From positions 100,718 to 164,717 of the IMG/VR virus record IMGVR_UViG_3300032242_000818: 64,000 nt of DNA. One strand, given 5' to 3'. Below, piece after piece: positions 28,319 through 38,411 of this stretch (position 1 is its first letter; each line of letters starts with the position of its first letter). Both the position numbers and the translations under genes were made by a program. The stretch comes from a virus. A model generated the notes under the pieces. The model was not told the origin of the DNA, searched no databases, and saw only the letters and a list, made by a program, of their open reading frames with translations.

Positions 28319-29704
28319 CTAAATTGCAGCAATCGGAATAATTTTTTTAGGTTTACGAGTCTTTTCTGGTTTACCATTGACCCACCAAAAGATATCTTTA
28401 CGATCTTCTCGTTGGGGTCCATTGATATAAATTGGAATATGGCCAGTCATAAGTTCAATTCCATTTGCAAAAACTGTAATATTATCACTAAATGCATTAT
28501 TACAAGAAGCATCCCATAAAGGACCAGTTAAAAACATGCACGCACCTTTGCATATATGTACTACAGGACAAGTTGGACAATCTTTACGATCGCTCCAATG
28601 TGTAGCTGTTTTAACCTCTATATCTTTTAAATTACTAACATGGCCAATATGATGAGATAAACCAGAGGGGTTTACTGAAACTGTACTTACATTCTGACAA
28701 GTTAAAACATTACCATTTAAATCAACTGCAATATTTTCAGACTTATCCATACCACACTTTTGAGCAACAGTTTCTAACCTTCTTCCTGTTGCAATAGTTT
28801 CAACAAAATTCTTAATTTTTTGATTTATAGTTATAAATTTGGATGCTTTATAATCTCGAATTTCAAGATAAGAAGAATTTCTAAATCTAACATCTTCTTC
28901 TTCATCTAACAATGAGTTAGCCAAACCACCATCATCATAAGCATCAACAAAACTACCCTCACCGATAACAAGAAATTGTAAATATTCTTCACCAAGTTCT
29001 TTAATTACTATGTTCTCAAAAAACTTTTGAATATTTTCCCTACTAATATTTTTAGAGTTTATCATTGCATTTAGGGATATCTTATTCTTTGGAGCAAGAC
29101 GTTTAAATAAGTCTATGATAGCATCTTTGGATTTTGGGTCATCAAATGGATCTGGACCGCGAACAGGCTGTCCTGGACCATCATGTGATATTGCAACAGT
29201 AAAATTATACTTTTCTAAAAATTCATTTTTTTCAGAATCCAAAATACTACCATTTGTAATAACTAAATTATTGCAGTTTGGATATTTTTTGTTTATTGCT
29301 TCAACCAATGGTTTCATTGTTTTCCAGTAAACAAAAGGCTCACCACCCCAATATTCAAATGTTACTTCGGAACCCAAACCATCAGCACCACCCTCGAACC
29401 AAGTAGACATATTATCTACAAATGGTTGAACATCGTCAGGGTTGGTAGAATCTGCTGTTGGAACAAATCTCTGAGAACAATAGTCACACTCAAAATTACA
29501 TGAGAGACCTAATTGTATTTTTACAACTCGTAAGTTTTTCTTGCCAATTTCAATTTTTACTTGATTAGTCACATCTCTTGTTTCTGAATCTGAAATAACA
29601 TTTTTGCCATCTGGCCATGTTAATTTGCTAGAAACAGAATCGTAATTTACAAATGTTTTTTCTTGAGTAACTGGATGAACTAAATCAATTTTGAATAAAG
29701 CCAT
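28319..29704 (-). CDS. Radical SAM enzyme with C-terminal SPASM domain (anSME/AslB / peptide-maturase type)
   Basis: CNFECDYC (CX3CX2C), GGEP, ITNG, ISHDG; SPASM cysteines KCG...LTC and CPTCPVVHICKGAC...SC. Confidence 0.92.
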   Translation of the reverse strand: MALFKIDLVHPVTQEKTFVNYDSVSSKLTWPDGKNVISDSETRDVTNQVKIEIGKKNLRVVKIQLGLSCNFECDYCSQRFVPTADSTNPDDVQPFVDNMSTWFEGGADGLGSEVTFEYWGGEPFVYWKTMKPLVEAINKKYPNCNNLVITNGSILDSEKNEFLEKYNFTVAISHDGPGQPVRGPDPFDDPKSKDAIIDLFKRLAPKNKISLNAMINSKNISRENIQKFFENIVIKELGEEYLQFLVIGEGSFVDAYDDGGLANSLLDEEEDVRFRNSSYLEIRDYKASKFITINQKIKNFVETIATGRRLETVAQKCGMDKSENIAVDLNGNVLTCQNVSTVSVNPSGLSHHIGHVSNLKDIEVKTATHWSDRKDCPTCPVVHICKGACMFLTGPLWDASCNNAFSDNITVFANGIELMTGHIPIYINGPQREDRKDIFWWVNGKPEKTRKPKKIIPIAAI

Positions 29705-29721
29705 ATTATATCCTATAATGT

Positions 29722-29753
29722 AAAAAAGTCTGGTGGATTTCTCCTACCAGACT
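29722..29753 (-). terminator. Rho-independent terminator upstream of the radical SAM gene
   Basis: AGTCTGGT(A)GGA-GAAA-TCCACCAGACT followed by a U-run. Confidence 0.75.
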
Positions 29754-29759
29754 ATTTAT
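29753..29759 (-). promoter_or_regulatory. Late promoter for the radical SAM gene
   Basis: ATAAATA abutting the terminator 5' arm. Confidence 0.55.
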
Positions 29760-29771
29760 TATGTAAAATTA

Positions 29772-30557
29772 TTAAGCCAATACTTTAGAGAATGTATTAA
29801 CATTAGTAAATAATTTGTGCCCAGCTTTAACTTGTACAGTAGTACCAGATGTTAAACTATCTGTTAAGATATTAAAAGATCCAATACCATTAGTTAAAGA
29901 AACTACATTTCTATCTAGAATTCCAGTAACTTGAGATATATAGATTTTATCTAAAGATGTGTCTGTTGTAGAAACATTAACTAAAATTGTATCACCAGGA
30001 GATACAGTTGTTTGTGTAGTAGAAAGAGTTACTGGAGCAAAAATAGTTTTCCATTTAGTAAATCCTGTTGGAGCAGTACCTACATTAGTAACAACTGTTG
30101 TTTTATGACCAATGTCATTTCCGTTAGAAGGATCTGGCGATTTAACAATATATGAGAATGTTGTAAAATTACCAGATTCACTATCAACAAAAATTCTAAA
30201 AGGTATTTCTGAATGACCATCACCAGAAAAGAATATATTAGAAGATTTATTAAGTTTTGTTTCATCTAAAATAGAAACTAAATCATTTTTTGTAATAGAG
30301 CGTTCATCAGAAGAAGAACCCAACAGTTCTTTGTCTTCAAATCCAAAAATACTTTGTGAACAAAATCTATTTTGTGATTGTAATACATCTAAATCTAATG
30401 AGATATTACATAAAATTTTATTATTATCTTCAACATGAATAAATTGATATTTTAAATTTGTTTCAGTAATATTAAAATTATGTGTAAACGATGCTTCGCT
30501 GGATGTTATTCTTGAAAAAATTTCAGCAGGAGAATCTGTATTGTAAAAATTAGTCAT
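29772..30557 (-). CDS. Hypothetical protein with probable C-terminal Ig-like domain, between the CNCNCNC fibre and the radical SAM gene
   Basis: Intact ORF with AGGA RBS; beta-rich C-terminus (TVSPGDTILVNV...VSLTNGIGSF...VQVKAG). Confidence 0.7.
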   Translation of the reverse strand: MTNFYNTDSPAEIFSRITSSEASFTHNFNITETNLKYQFIHVEDNNKILCNISLDLDVLQSQNRFCSQSIFGFEDKELLGSSSDERSITKNDLVSILDETKLNKSSNIFFSGDGHSEIPFRIFVDSESGNFTTFSYIVKSPDPSNGNDIGHKTTVVTNVGTAPTGFTKWKTIFAPVTLSTTQTTVSPGDTILVNVSTTDTSLDKIYISQVTGILDRNVVSLTNGIGSFNILTDSLTSGTTVQVKAGHKLFTNVNTFSKVLA

Positions 30558-30569
30558 TATTATTTCCTA

Positions 30570-31682
30570 TTAGCAGTTACAGTTACAGTTACAAACAGCA
30601 CCAACCTGACATGAACCGTAGTTACCATGCTTGGCCATATAGACTGAAGTAACACGTGGTGGGTAGACGTTACCATGGCCACCAGATCCTTGGCCAGTAC
30701 CATCCAAGAAACCACCATAATTACCTAAGTTGTTACCATATTGTGACAAGAAATATGGCCATCCGCCTTGAGCAGAACCAGCAATACTTGAATATGATAC
30801 ACTTGAAACAATGACCGCACCAGTAGTACCTTGAACCGATGTAACAGGAACAGAAACAATAACGGCACCAGTGTTACCTTGAACCGATGTAACAGCAGCA
30901 GAAATAGTTGGGTTACCAGCAACACCATCGCCGTTAGTAACAGAGATACCAGCACCAGCAGTAATAGTACGACCAGCAGCAGTACCTGCACCAGTCAAAG
31001 CAACCATACCAGTAGAAACACCAGAAACTGCAGATAATTGGGCATTATATGCTTGTACGTTAGTTCCAATAACCACACCAAGCGTAGAACGAGCAGTAGA
31101 TGCATCAGCATCCGCCATATGACCACGCATATAAGTAGAAGATGTATAGACTGAAGCAGTTCCTAAACCAGTAAAATATGGAGTAGCATTCGCTGCAGAA
31201 GTTAAACCAGCAAGAGCATTGCCAGAAGCGGTATATGCTTGCACATCAGTGCCGATTGCTAAACCAAGAGCAGTACGAGCACCAGAAGCAGTCGTAGCAC
31301 CAGTGCCACCACCTGCAATAAGAACTGTATAGTTCAAACTTGCGGCGATAGAAGCAGTACCAGTTAAAGCAGCAGTAATAGTACCAGCAGAAAAGTTACC
31401 AGATGCATCACGAGCAACGATAGTATTTGCAGTATTTGTAGAAGCAGCAGAGCGAGCACCAGAGTTAAACGTCAGAGTATCTGAGTTTAAACCAGAAGCA
31501 GCTGCATATCCAGTAACAGTATTGAGTTTTGCTAATACGTCTGCTGCAGTATAACTCGCAGCGGTTTGGCCGAGAGCAATCTGAGTAGAAATATTTGAGA
31601 AGTTTTGATCGACTTCAGCATTGGTAAGAGGGCTACCTTTGGTAGATCTTAGCGTAATCGATGGAGCAGTTATAGATGCCAT
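30570..31682 (-). CDS. Fibre protein with Cys/Asn-repeat C-terminus ([13 protein letters not shown])
   Basis: [18 protein letters not shown] anchor, [35 protein letters not shown] fibre repeats. Confidence 0.8.
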   Translation of the reverse strand: MASITAPSITLRSTKGSPLTNAEVDQNFSNISTQIALGQTAASYTAADVLAKLNTVTGYAAASGLNSDTLTFNSGARSAASTNTANTIVARDASGNFSAGTITAALTGTASIAASLNYTVLIAGGGTGATTASGARTALGLAIGTDVQAYTASGNALAGLTSAANATPYFTGLGTASVYTSSTYMRGHMADADASTARSTLGVVIGTNVQAYNAQLSAVSGVSTGMVALTGAGTAAGRTITAGAGISVTNGDGVAGNPTISAAVTSVQGNTGAVIVSVPVTSVQGTTGAVIVSSVSYSSIAGSAQGGWPYFLSQYGNNLGNYGGFLDGTGQGSGGHGNVYPPRVTSVYMAKHGNYGSCQVGAVCNCNCNC

Positions 31683-31702
31683 TTAAGTTTCCTTAGTCAG
31701 TC

Positions 31703-31930
31703 TTATTTAGTAGATACCAGCTGTTGAAGTAGCTGTTTTATATCTGATAATTCATTCTTTATGTTATTTATGTCTTCTGTATGTTGAGAAATTTCAGCTT
31801 CTCTGGCTTCAGTTTTTTTCTTCTGAAAGAGGTATTCTTCATACTCAGTCCTATTATTATTTAGGATTGCGCCAGTAGCTATATCTCGAACTAAACTGGC
31901 GTGTCCCTCAACTTTCAAAAAATCATTCAT
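31703..31930 (-). CDS. Small conserved coiled-coil protein
   Basis: KVEGHASLVRD..TGAILN plus C-terminal heptads; likely start MNDF. Confidence 0.7.
   Translation of the reverse strand: MNDFLKVEGHASLVRDIATGAILNNNRTEYEEYLFQKKKTEAREAEISQHTEDINNIKNELSDIKQLLQQLVSTK
31704..31710 (-). promoter_or_regulatory. Late promoter for the CNCNCNC fibre cassette
   Basis: CTAAATA about 20 nt upstream of 31682 ATG with AAGGA RBS. Confidence 0.6.
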
Positions 31931-31931
31931 A

Positions 31932-34900
31932 TTATGGACAAGCAATTAAACGGAAATCCTTAATAATTGGTACGGCTGCTGTATTAGTAGAAGTCATAAC
32001 CAATTTTACCTGGATCGTGTCAAACGAAGGCATACCTGTTAATGTATATGTAATATCACTAAAAGTAGGGTTTCCATTATCTACCTTAGTAACAATACCA
32101 TCAGGTGTCATTAAGATATATTTAGCTGGTGTTAAATTTGATGCATCACCAGTACAAGATTTATAGTATACTGCAACATTGGCTTCTGCAGGGATATTTG
32201 CGCTTAACATAACACGCATATAAGTCGATGCATTTGCAAATTTAACAGGAGTAGTTACATATTTACTGACAGAACTGCTTCCAACTGGAGCAATCTCATC
32301 AGCAAACAGAATTCTAGTAGTAACAGTTGTACCAGAAACTGCAGCCTCACCAGTAAAGGTTGTATTTAAAGTAAGAGTTCCAGTAGTTCCATTATCCGTA
32401 AATCCAGTAACTAAGAAAGTTCCATTATTTCCAGAAGTGGTTGCACCAGAGATAGTTACATATTTACCGATACCGATACCAGCCATGGCAGTTCTAACTG
32501 CAGAAACTGTAGAAGTTATAGTTCCGCCAGAAACAAAAGTAAATGCACCAGTAGAATATGAGAAGGCAGTAGATAAATCTAATGGATCCACGTTGGTATT
32601 AGACTGAGTTGGGGAGTTCAATTTGTTACTAACTGCGATTAACTTTGTACGAGTAGTATCAATAACAGGAGAAACTGCATCATTTGTGGTTGATATTAGG
32701 GCAGCAAAAGTTAATGATTTATTACCAGAAAGTAAAACATTCTCATTGCTCTCAGAACAAATCATTCTTGGAGAATAGAAAATATTATTCTGATTTCTTA
32801 GCGCAGGAGAGAACCCTGAATCAATTACGTTTGGAGTTTGACTGCCATCAATTGATTTACCAGAAGTAGTTTTGATAGAGAATGTAGATGTTGTATCAGA
32901 GAAATTCTGCATCTGAACAACTGGATTTACTACATCAAACTGGACATTTCTACTTGCCTTTACTAATGTACCACCAGTATATCCAGAAGTTGTTGCGCTA
33001 GTTGTAGAACTAAATGTATAACAATTCATATCTACATTACTGATAATATGATTAGTATATATTTCAACAGCAGGAATACCATTAATTGGAGCAACATATT
33101 GGAAAGCAGCACCAGTAACAGCAACACCAGCATTAGAACCTAGTGTTAAAGAAGTATCGCTTGCAATAGCAGAAACAGAACCGATTAAAACATCCTGTGA
33201 ATTATACAAAGCAGAACCGACTGCTAGTTCAGTAGTAAATGCAGTACCTACACCAGTAACAGTTGCGCTACTAGTTGAAGCAGTAATAGTTCCAGTTCCT
33301 GGATCATTAGCATTAACTGCAGAGATATCTACAGTTGAACCAGTTGGCATGCCATGATCATAATGCCACACACGAACTAAATTAGATCCAGAAATAGTTT
33401 CGAATGGATTGTTATCTAATGTATCATATGGTAAAACATCATTAACAAATTCAACATCACCAACAACTGAAGTATTAAACTTTGCACGATTAATAGTGAA
33501 CTTAATATCAGCATTATCATCAGCAGTCCAAGTAGATGCGTTCTGTGATTTAAACATTACACCAGCATATGGTTGCTCAGAAATAGTTCTTCCAGATCCA
33601 GGGATTTGATCGCCCATATAAGATACCCAAATATTGTAACCATTTGAGTCAGACTGGAGGACAAAACAATATTCAGTTGCGTCTTGTAAATATACTGGAC
33701 TCTCAAAAGTAAATCTAGTTGGAGTATCATAACTATGTCTTTGAGAATTATCTGGCATAGCAACATAATTAGCAGATAAGTTTACTTGTTCTGGACGTAA
33801 AGTTACTACGCTAAATGGTAGAATAGTCTTACCTGGAGTACCATTTACCATCTCACGAACTTGTAAAGTAACTGGCATTGAACTATCTTTTGTAGCAAAG
33901 AAAATATCAATAGAAGTTATAAATGCTCCACCCTTTTGTTGAACTAAGAAAGATTGAGCAAGTGGATCATACCAAACGCCACCACTACCAAGTGTTTTAG
34001 TAGAATCCTGCCAAACAGTTTGATTACCAGAAACTTGTTCAGTAACGATTTGTCCATTTCGAACGGCATTAACTGTTTTCTGAGTACTATTTAAAATACC
34101 AGTTGCTTCATAAGTAGCAATACCACGTGAAGTATAATCTCCAGCGTAAGTTGATACATCTTTTAATGCAAATTCTCGTTTACCAGTTCTAAAACGTACT
34201 GAATCAGTTTGTGGGATATTGTATAGAAACTCAACATCACCACCAGCAGTAGTTACTAATGTTGTTGGCGTAGTTACAGAAACTACAACACCTTGAGCAC
34301 TACTAATAGAACCAGAGATTGTATCATCTTTAGCAAAAGAACCTTTGATATTCACAAGACTTAAACAATAAGCATTATTAGCATCAATATAAACATTAAC
34401 GACAACAGCAGAAGCAGTTCCTGCTCCATTACTAATAACATCACCTGCATTAAGACACATCTGAGCATCACCAAGAATTCTTCGTTTTAATTCAGATGCT
34501 TGTCCGCCTACGTTTGTTTTATAATCAAAAGTACCAGATGATGGTGTGTATATCATTTTAACTGCAGGAGTACAGTAAGATGAAACATCTGCCCCATCAA
34601 AGTAAGGATAGAATCTAGTTGATGGTTTCAACTTATGTGCTTGAACAAGAATATTTCTTGAACGAATATACGGGATAACTGCAGTAGAAACTGTAACATC
34701 TGAGACTGTTTCATAATCAGTTTTAAGAGCAAGTTTAGTTTCAATACCACTTCTTGATTGACCAACTTGAGTAGCAGTAGTTTGAGTTACTGTATAACTA
34801 CCAGCATAAATTCCCCAACCACCATTTAGACTAAAGTTTCCACCAGTAATACCCCTTGCTGCAGCATAACCAGCAGCAGCACCATTATACTGTACAGGAC

Positions 34901-37900
34901 CAGCAATACTTACTCCAGTCCATTCAGTTTGCCATGCGTTCCAAACTGTTCCAAGCGCACCTGCTTTTTGTGCGAGATTTAAAATAGTACTGTAATTACC
35001 TTCAACCTGTTGGATAATATCTGGAAGACGATTTACTTCAAACCAATCATCAGAAGGAGGATTTAATTGAACATCACCAATAAACGTAAAGATAGCAAAT
35101 GGATTAATATTCTCCAAACGAGAAGCATACTGCTGAGTTATTAATGGAGTAGTTGTATAAGGTAATGTAATAATATCACCAGTCAACTGATAATTGGCAG
35201 ATGTTCTGGCAGAATTATTAGAATATTTTTCTAATAAATTAACATTATACTGAGAATAAAATGGACGTAATTGATTTTGCTCCATATCAATTGCACATAG
35301 ATAATCTTTTGATTTACTATTTGCTAATTTGCTTCCACTAAAGTTATCAACAACGAAACCATTTTTCATACGATCTAGACCACTAGAATCAGTAATCTTT
35401 AATGCTTGAGTTTCTTGTTCTAATAATGATAAAGAAGTATAGTATTCAAGATTGTTAATTCTAGATTCTAGTCTTCCGATATCACGCATAGTATATCGCT
35501 TATTATCTACTTTTCTTGCGGATATATTAGTAGCATCTGCAGTAAATGTATATGCAGTTAAGTCGATTGTATAAAGCACCATACCCAAATCTGGATCTGA
35601 TGGATATCCAGGTGTTAATGAAGAAACACCAGTTATATCAAAAATATTACCATTAATATCTACTGCAATTTTATCTTTTCTTGGTAGATAGTAACTATAA
35701 TCAGCAGTAGCTGCTTGTCCACGTTTTGGTATAGCAGAAATAATTGAACCAGTTCCTACAAAGTTTTTAACAGTACCAGAAGATTTATTAGCAACACGTG
35801 GACGGAAATCCAATGAATCTCTTAAAGTTGGTGATATAGTTTTATAATCAATGTTACTATAAGAGTTAACATCGAAATAATCACCAGCGCCATGTTCAAA
35901 ATATTGATATGTTACTTTAAATGGATTTGATGGAGCAGCAAAAGATGGGTTTAATGTTAGAGATGCCCAATCATAGTAAGTAGTTTTCTGACCATTATCT
36001 ACTGTAAATCTATCAGAGATATCAACAGTATATGCACTAGAAGCTGGAGTAGAACCCCATGCTGCACCTGGAGCCATCATAATACTTACAATTTTAAATA
36101 AGTCAGGTTTGTCCAAATAAACAACTGCTGCTTGTGCAGCAATTTGAGTATTAAATACCTCAGAAGTATTTGTAAGAGTTTTAGTCTTTTCAAATCCTGA
36201 ACCATTTCTAATAACTACTGCAATAACAGAAATAGAATGACCAGACTGACCACTAGGAACAACAATAGTACAAGTTGAACCAGATGGAGTAATAGAATCT
36301 GGCACAATAATAGCACCACCTGATGTTGCATCATTATCAATAACAGTATAATTAGTTTGCTCAGATGCTGGAGCAAAAGTACCCGATGTACTTAATGTAA
36401 TAGATGTTCCAGTTGCAGTTTGAGTAAATTTTTGGTAACAGTAGTATGTAGTATTATTAGTTCCACCTGTACCAGCAGTTCTCATTGATCGAATTGCGTT
36501 ATATGGTAATGGGAATATTAATGATGTTTTATCTGCTTCTAAAATTTGAGTAGTACATCTAGCAATAGTTGCACCAGTTACTGTAATTGAAGTATCAACG
36601 GTAATAGTTCCTTGGGCAGAAACTGTGGCGACTTTACGATAAGAACCACCAATTCCACCAATTAAAACTAAATCATTTACTTTTAAATCAGTTAAGAAAG
36701 AAGTTCCAGTGCCAGTAATAGTTGTGCCTGAAGCAGTAACTGAACCAATCAATTGTGTAACTACTGGGCTGATATCAGCAGTAAAGTTTAAGTTTGAATC
36801 TGAAGGAACAGTGTACGCTAAACATTTAACATCAGTATTAAATGCATATCCTGAATTCATCTGAACATCAAATAAACCAAGTTTATAAACTGCCGAATAA
36901 CCTACTGGTAGACCAGTATGCCATTCCATATAACGAGCACGAGCATAACCAACAATAGTACCTTGAGGCGACCCACGATTTGAAGAACCAGTAATTGCAT
37001 TATAAAGTGTAACTTGTGCCAGTTCTTCTACTTTTGGCAAATTATTTACATTGGTAACCAATACATAATTACCAACAGTAGTATCAACTACTGAAGCAGT
37101 CGCTTGAACATAAGTACGTGCTTTATCAACAGGAATATATGTTACCGCAGTTTTTTCAATTTCATATCCATGAACATATGCTTTACCTGCTTCAATACCA
37201 ACAGCAACCTGAGATTCATTACCATTTAAAAATATACCGCGATTGTATGGTGGCGCAGTATCATACTGCCAATTAACACCAGTTGCTCCTGGACCATCAT
37301 ATGCAGAAGAAGTAGTATGAGTTGGAGGTGTTGTAACTGAAGTTGCGCTATTTAAAGCAGTGTATGTGATACCATTATATGTAACGATATCGCCAATTAG
37401 ATAACCAGTATTTTGAAGCCAAGTTCCACGATTATTATTGCGATGTTCACGAATATCAATATCGAAACCACGAACAGAATAATCTCCAGATTCATCATAT
37501 GTACGACGAGCCATCTCATCAGCAAGTAAAGAATACTGTGTTTTATCAACAATAGTTTTAATTGAACCATTAGTAACACGAATTAACTCTACAAAGTTAG
37601 AATCAGAAATTGAATCAATTCCAAGTTTAGTTAATGTTAAATCAATGTAATAACGATGTGCACCTGGAGCAGCATAGTTATATGAGTTTTGAGCATTATC
37701 TAAAAGAGTTTCATCTTGTTCTGGAGTAATAATTTCTTCAGAGACATTTAGACCAATACGATATGTTGGAGTAGTTGTATATTTGTCAAGAACAATAGTT
37801 TGAGTATCAACCAAACAGAAATGACCATTTATATAATAAACACCCTGATTAACTGTTGCAAGAGAACCTTTACCAACAGATCCAGCTCCACTTTGAATTT

Positions 37901-38378
37901 GAACTGAATATACTGAATCGCTAGTTATTAATACTTCATTAGCAGCAAAAGTTTTAGTTGTAGTATTTGTGCCAGATACAGTATAATTTAAATATAATGT
38001 TGTTGGATCACTGGCTTCTGCGCTTTGGCATAAAGTAACTGTTGCTTTTACACCAGTTGTTTGACCAATTAGAGTTTTACCTTTTAAATTCTTTAAAAAT
38101 GTTTCAACTGCTACACTATTATACAAAGATTGTAATTTTACATAATCTGCACCAGCTCCAGGCTGAGTTATAGTTTGAACTGATGCTTGTCCAGGGATAA
38201 CCATAGCACCCTGTTTGAATATAGCATCACCATGACGTTTAATTTGATTCTGCAGAATACTCTGCATTTGAGTTAGTTCGCGAGCCTGAACCGCAAAAGA
38301 TGGGCGATAAAGAATACGATAAAACTTTTTGGCTTCATCGTAATCATCATTATACGGTTCGGTATTGAAATCTAGCAT
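31932..38378 (-). CDS. Very large virion/baseplate protein (DUF4815-like)
   Basis: FNTEPYNDDY...RPSFAVQARELTQMQSILQNQI, APGAHR, ARRTYDESG, RYTMRDIG, DPLAQSF. Confidence 0.85.
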   Translation of the reverse strand: MLDFNTEPYNDDYDEAKKFYRILYRPSFAVQARELTQMQSILQNQIKRHGDAIFKQGAMVIPGQASVQTITQPGAGADYVKLQSLYNSVAVETFLKNLKGKTLIGQTTGVKATVTLCQSAEASDPTTLYLNYTVSGTNTTTKTFAANEVLITSDSVYSVQIQSGAGSVGKGSLATVNQGVYYINGHFCLVDTQTIVLDKYTTTPTYRIGLNVSEEIITPEQDETLLDNAQNSYNYAAPGAHRYYIDLTLTKLGIDSISDSNFVELIRVTNGSIKTIVDKTQYSLLADEMARRTYDESGDYSVRGFDIDIREHRNNNRGTWLQNTGYLIGDIVTYNGITYTALNSATSVTTPPTHTTSSAYDGPGATGVNWQYDTAPPYNRGIFLNGNESQVAVGIEAGKAYVHGYEIEKTAVTYIPVDKARTYVQATASVVDTTVGNYVLVTNVNNLPKVEELAQVTLYNAITGSSNRGSPQGTIVGYARARYMEWHTGLPVGYSAVYKLGLFDVQMNSGYAFNTDVKCLAYTVPSDSNLNFTADISPVVTQLIGSVTASGTTITGTGTSFLTDLKVNDLVLIGGIGGSYRKVATVSAQGTITVDTSITVTGATIARCTTQILEADKTSLIFPLPYNAIRSMRTAGTGGTNNTTYYCYQKFTQTATGTSITLSTSGTFAPASEQTNYTVIDNDATSGGAIIVPDSITPSGSTCTIVVPSGQSGHSISVIAVVIRNGSGFEKTKTLTNTSEVFNTQIAAQAAVVYLDKPDLFKIVSIMMAPGAAWGSTPASSAYTVDISDRFTVDNGQKTTYYDWASLTLNPSFAAPSNPFKVTYQYFEHGAGDYFDVNSYSNIDYKTISPTLRDSLDFRPRVANKSSGTVKNFVGTGSIISAIPKRGQAATADYSYYLPRKDKIAVDINGNIFDITGVSSLTPGYPSDPDLGMVLYTIDLTAYTFTADATNISARKVDNKRYTMRDIGRLESRINNLEYYTSLSLLEQETQALKITDSSGLDRMKNGFVVDNFSGSKLANSKSKDYLCAIDMEQNQLRPFYSQYNVNLLEKYSNNSARTSANYQLTGDIITLPYTTTPLITQQYASRLENINPFAIFTFIGDVQLNPPSDDWFEVNRLPDIIQQVEGNYSTILNLAQKAGALGTVWNAWQTEWTGVSIAGPVQYNGAAAGYAAARGITGGNFSLNGGWGIYAGSYTVTQTTATQVGQSRSGIETKLALKTDYETVSDVTVSTAVIPYIRSRNILVQAHKLKPSTRFYPYFDGADVSSYCTPAVKMIYTPSSGTFDYKTNVGGQASELKRRILGDAQMCLNAGDVISNGAGTASAVVVNVYIDANNAYCLSLVNIKGSFAKDDTISGSISSAQGVVVSVTTPTTLVTTAGGDVEFLYNIPQTDSVRFRTGKREFALKDVSTYAGDYTSRGIATYEATGILNSTQKTVNAVRNGQIVTEQVSGNQTVWQDSTKTLGSGGVWYDPLAQSFLVQQKGGAFITSIDIFFATKDSSMPVTLQVREMVNGTPGKTILPFSVVTLRPEQVNLSANYVAMPDNSQRHSYDTPTRFTFESPVYLQDATEYCFVLQSDSNGYNIWVSYMGDQIPGSGRTISEQPYAGVMFKSQNASTWTADDNADIKFTINRAKFNTSVVGDVEFVNDVLPYDTLDNNPFETISGSNLVRVWHYDHGMPTGSTVDISAVNANDPGTGTITASTSSATVTGVGTAFTTELAVGSALYNSQDVLIGSVSAIASDTSLTLGSNAGVAVTGAAFQYVAPINGIPAVEIYTNHIISNVDMNCYTFSSTTSATTSGYTGGTLVKASRNVQFDVVNPVVQMQNFSDTTSTFSIKTTSGKSIDGSQTPNVIDSGFSPALRNQNNIFYSPRMICSESNENVLLSGNKSLTFAALISTTNDAVSPVIDTTRTKLIAVSNKLNSPTQSNTNVDPLDLSTAFSYSTGAFTFVSGGTITSTVSAVRTAMAGIGIGKYVTISGATTSGNNGTFLVTGFTDNGTTGTLTLNTTFTGEAAVSGTTVTTRILFADEIAPVGSSSVSKYVTTPVKFANASTYMRVMLSANIPAEANVAVYYKSCTGDASNLTPAKYILMTPDGIVTKVDNGNPTFSDITYTLTGMPSFDTIQVKLVMTSTNTAAVPIIKDFRLIACP

Positions 38379-38403
38379 TCTTTTACTCTTTAAGTTATTT
38401 GTT

Positions 38404-38410
38404 TATTTAT
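38404..38410 (-). promoter_or_regulatory. Late promoter
   Basis: ATAAATA between gp8 and the 2148-aa gene. Confidence 0.6.
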
Positions 38411-38411
38411 G

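Noticed and set aside
28319-29704. Radical SAM gene as QueE/NrdG/MoaA-type metabolic or DNA-modification enzyme
   Set aside because: It has a full SPASM domain, is much longer than QueE/NrdG, lacks partner pathway genes and sits in a late structural block; no sulfatase is present to support a literal anSME role
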